The notes under the pieces were generated by a model. It saw only the letters and a list, made by a program, of their open reading frames with translations. It did not search any database and was not told where the DNA came from. From contig NC_043003.1 in the NCBI RefSeq assembly GCF_006345805.1, positions 26,660,001 to 26,724,000 of the forward strand: 64,000 nucleotides of DNA, given 5' to 3'. Below, piece by piece: positions 62,623 to 64,000 of the stretch. Numbering within the stretch: the first letter of the stretch is position 1; the number at the start of each line of letters is the position of its first letter. The position numbers and the translations under genes were made by a program. The DNA is from Octopus sinensis (Eukaryota).

Positions 62623-63409
62623 CACAAACACAAATAAACACAGTGACATGGACACAGCCAAATTCAAACACGGTTTTGATGTAAAACCGTTGACGCGGGT
62701 TCACATTTCAAGCGAGTCTCGAAATAATATTTTGTCCTTTTTTTAAGTCAACATTCCCTGCACGCTTGTAAAGCATCCGAATCCGTAGAGGAGATTCTAT
62801 CTGGCGCACAGTTTGCTAGAAATAGCAGCCAAATTCCTCTCAGATCATATCCTGCTGTCTTAAACTTCTAGCTGCCCAAACCATTTTCATACGTTTGTGC
62901 TTAACGTCAATGCTTCTTTTCTGAGTTTTAGTTGGCCCTTGTTTCGTAAACTCTGGATAATATAAAGCTTCCCATAACACTTCAATAACAAAATGTCTCA
63001 ATGCTGTCGATCGATCAGCAAGAAAGAACAGTGAAATCTGCCCCAGATGACATCCTATTGTCTTAACCCTTGTACCTGCCCGAAGCATTTTCATAAGTTT
63101 GTCCTAATCGTCCATGCTTGTTCCCAGAGTCTTAGTTTGCCCTTGTCTCATACGTTCTGAGTAGCATAAAGCTTTCCTTTCTTTCATAAGTCCCAAGTTA
63201 CTCTGATGGCGGAAAAGAATTGGAAATGTATATCATATTGAATGCATGGAGGCCAGTGTAATATGCCCTTTGTATCACATATGATACATAGGACAGTTAA
63301 AGGTTTATAAAAGACTTGTTATCAATAATTAAAATGACGTGTTGGTCAAGATCGGAGTGCCTTGATTATAGATCTAGTCACTAACACATGCGCCGAAGTT
63401 AAGTAAGCA

Positions 63410-63820
63410 TAAGTCAGTAAATTTGAGGGGTGGTGATTTACTGATGTCCTTGACCCTATTATTTAACTGGTACTTTTATTTATCACGAAATGAAGAAAAG
63501 TAAAGTTGACTTCAGCAAGAATTTAACTCAAAATCGGAGGAAATGCCACTTAGCATTTTGTCCGACGCACTAATTATTCTGCCGCCTTAATAACAGTAAT
63601 AATTTTTTCTACTAAAGACGCAATGCCTGTGTGTTTGAGGAAGGAGGGTAATAAATCACATTCACCCCGGTACTCAAATAGTACTTATTTCATCGACGCA
63701 GAAAGTAGGAAATGCATAATCGACCTCGGTGAAATTTCAACTCGGAAAGTAAAGACGGACAAAATATCTCTAAACATTTTGCCCGGCGTGCTAAAGCTTC
63801 TATAAGATCTCCGCCTTCAG
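63410..63820 (-). mobile_element. two degenerate family A SINEs
   Basis: AACTGGTAC..AAAGTTGACTTC; CGACCTCGGTGAAATTTCAACTC..TTTGCCCGGCGTGCTAA. Confidence 0.7.
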
Positions 63821-63855
63821 CATTATTTACTGTAGCCCATTATTATTATTATTAC

Positions 63856-63924
<69 letters not shown>

Positions 63925-63925
<1 letters not shown>

Positions 63926-64000
63926 GAGTGAGAGAGCAGTTCATGCCATCAAAGTGACACTGGGGTAAAATATACGAAGCCCAATATACCCATCATGACT
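63925..64000 (-). mobile_element. (TAA)n-embedded element, 3' end (runs off the window)
   Basis: TGAGTGAGAGAGCAGTTCATGCCATCAAAGTGACACTGGGG after (TTA)n. Confidence 0.9.

Overview
Eukaryotic, AT-rich, microsatellite-saturated DNA with no convincing intact host protein-coding gene. It is intergenic or deep-intronic. The repeat inventory and SSR density look like an octopus/cephalopod genome; this is inference, not database-checked. Almost all ORFs in the supplied track are microsatellite read-throughs. The real content is transposable-element debris: (i) three or four tRNA-derived SINE families in dozens of copies; (ii) 3' fragments of RTE, CR1/L2, Tx1/L1 and R4/Dong-type (RLE) LINEs; (iii) Penelope-like pieces; (iv) a non-autonomous Helitron; (v) Tc1/mariner derivatives and fold-back MITEs. 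The most notable structure is a 2.4-kb array of 558-bp monomers (7677-10072). Each full monomer carries a type I hammerhead ribozyme fold with a palindromic helix III, arranged as one inverted plus three direct copies between (AT)n tracts. This is a retrozyme / mini-Penelope architecture. Further hammerhead folds of unrelated sequence occur at 58980-59414 (tandem pair), 32136 (decayed) and 61875-61964. Other highlights are apparent partitioning of microsatellite types among retroelement lineages, a ~560-bp non-coding element found only inside (TAA)n, a SINE tail shared with a Tx1 LINE, and a MITE whose spacer is a copy of the neighbouring CR1 fragment. All alignments and folds were done by eye; coordinates of degenerate repeats are approximate.
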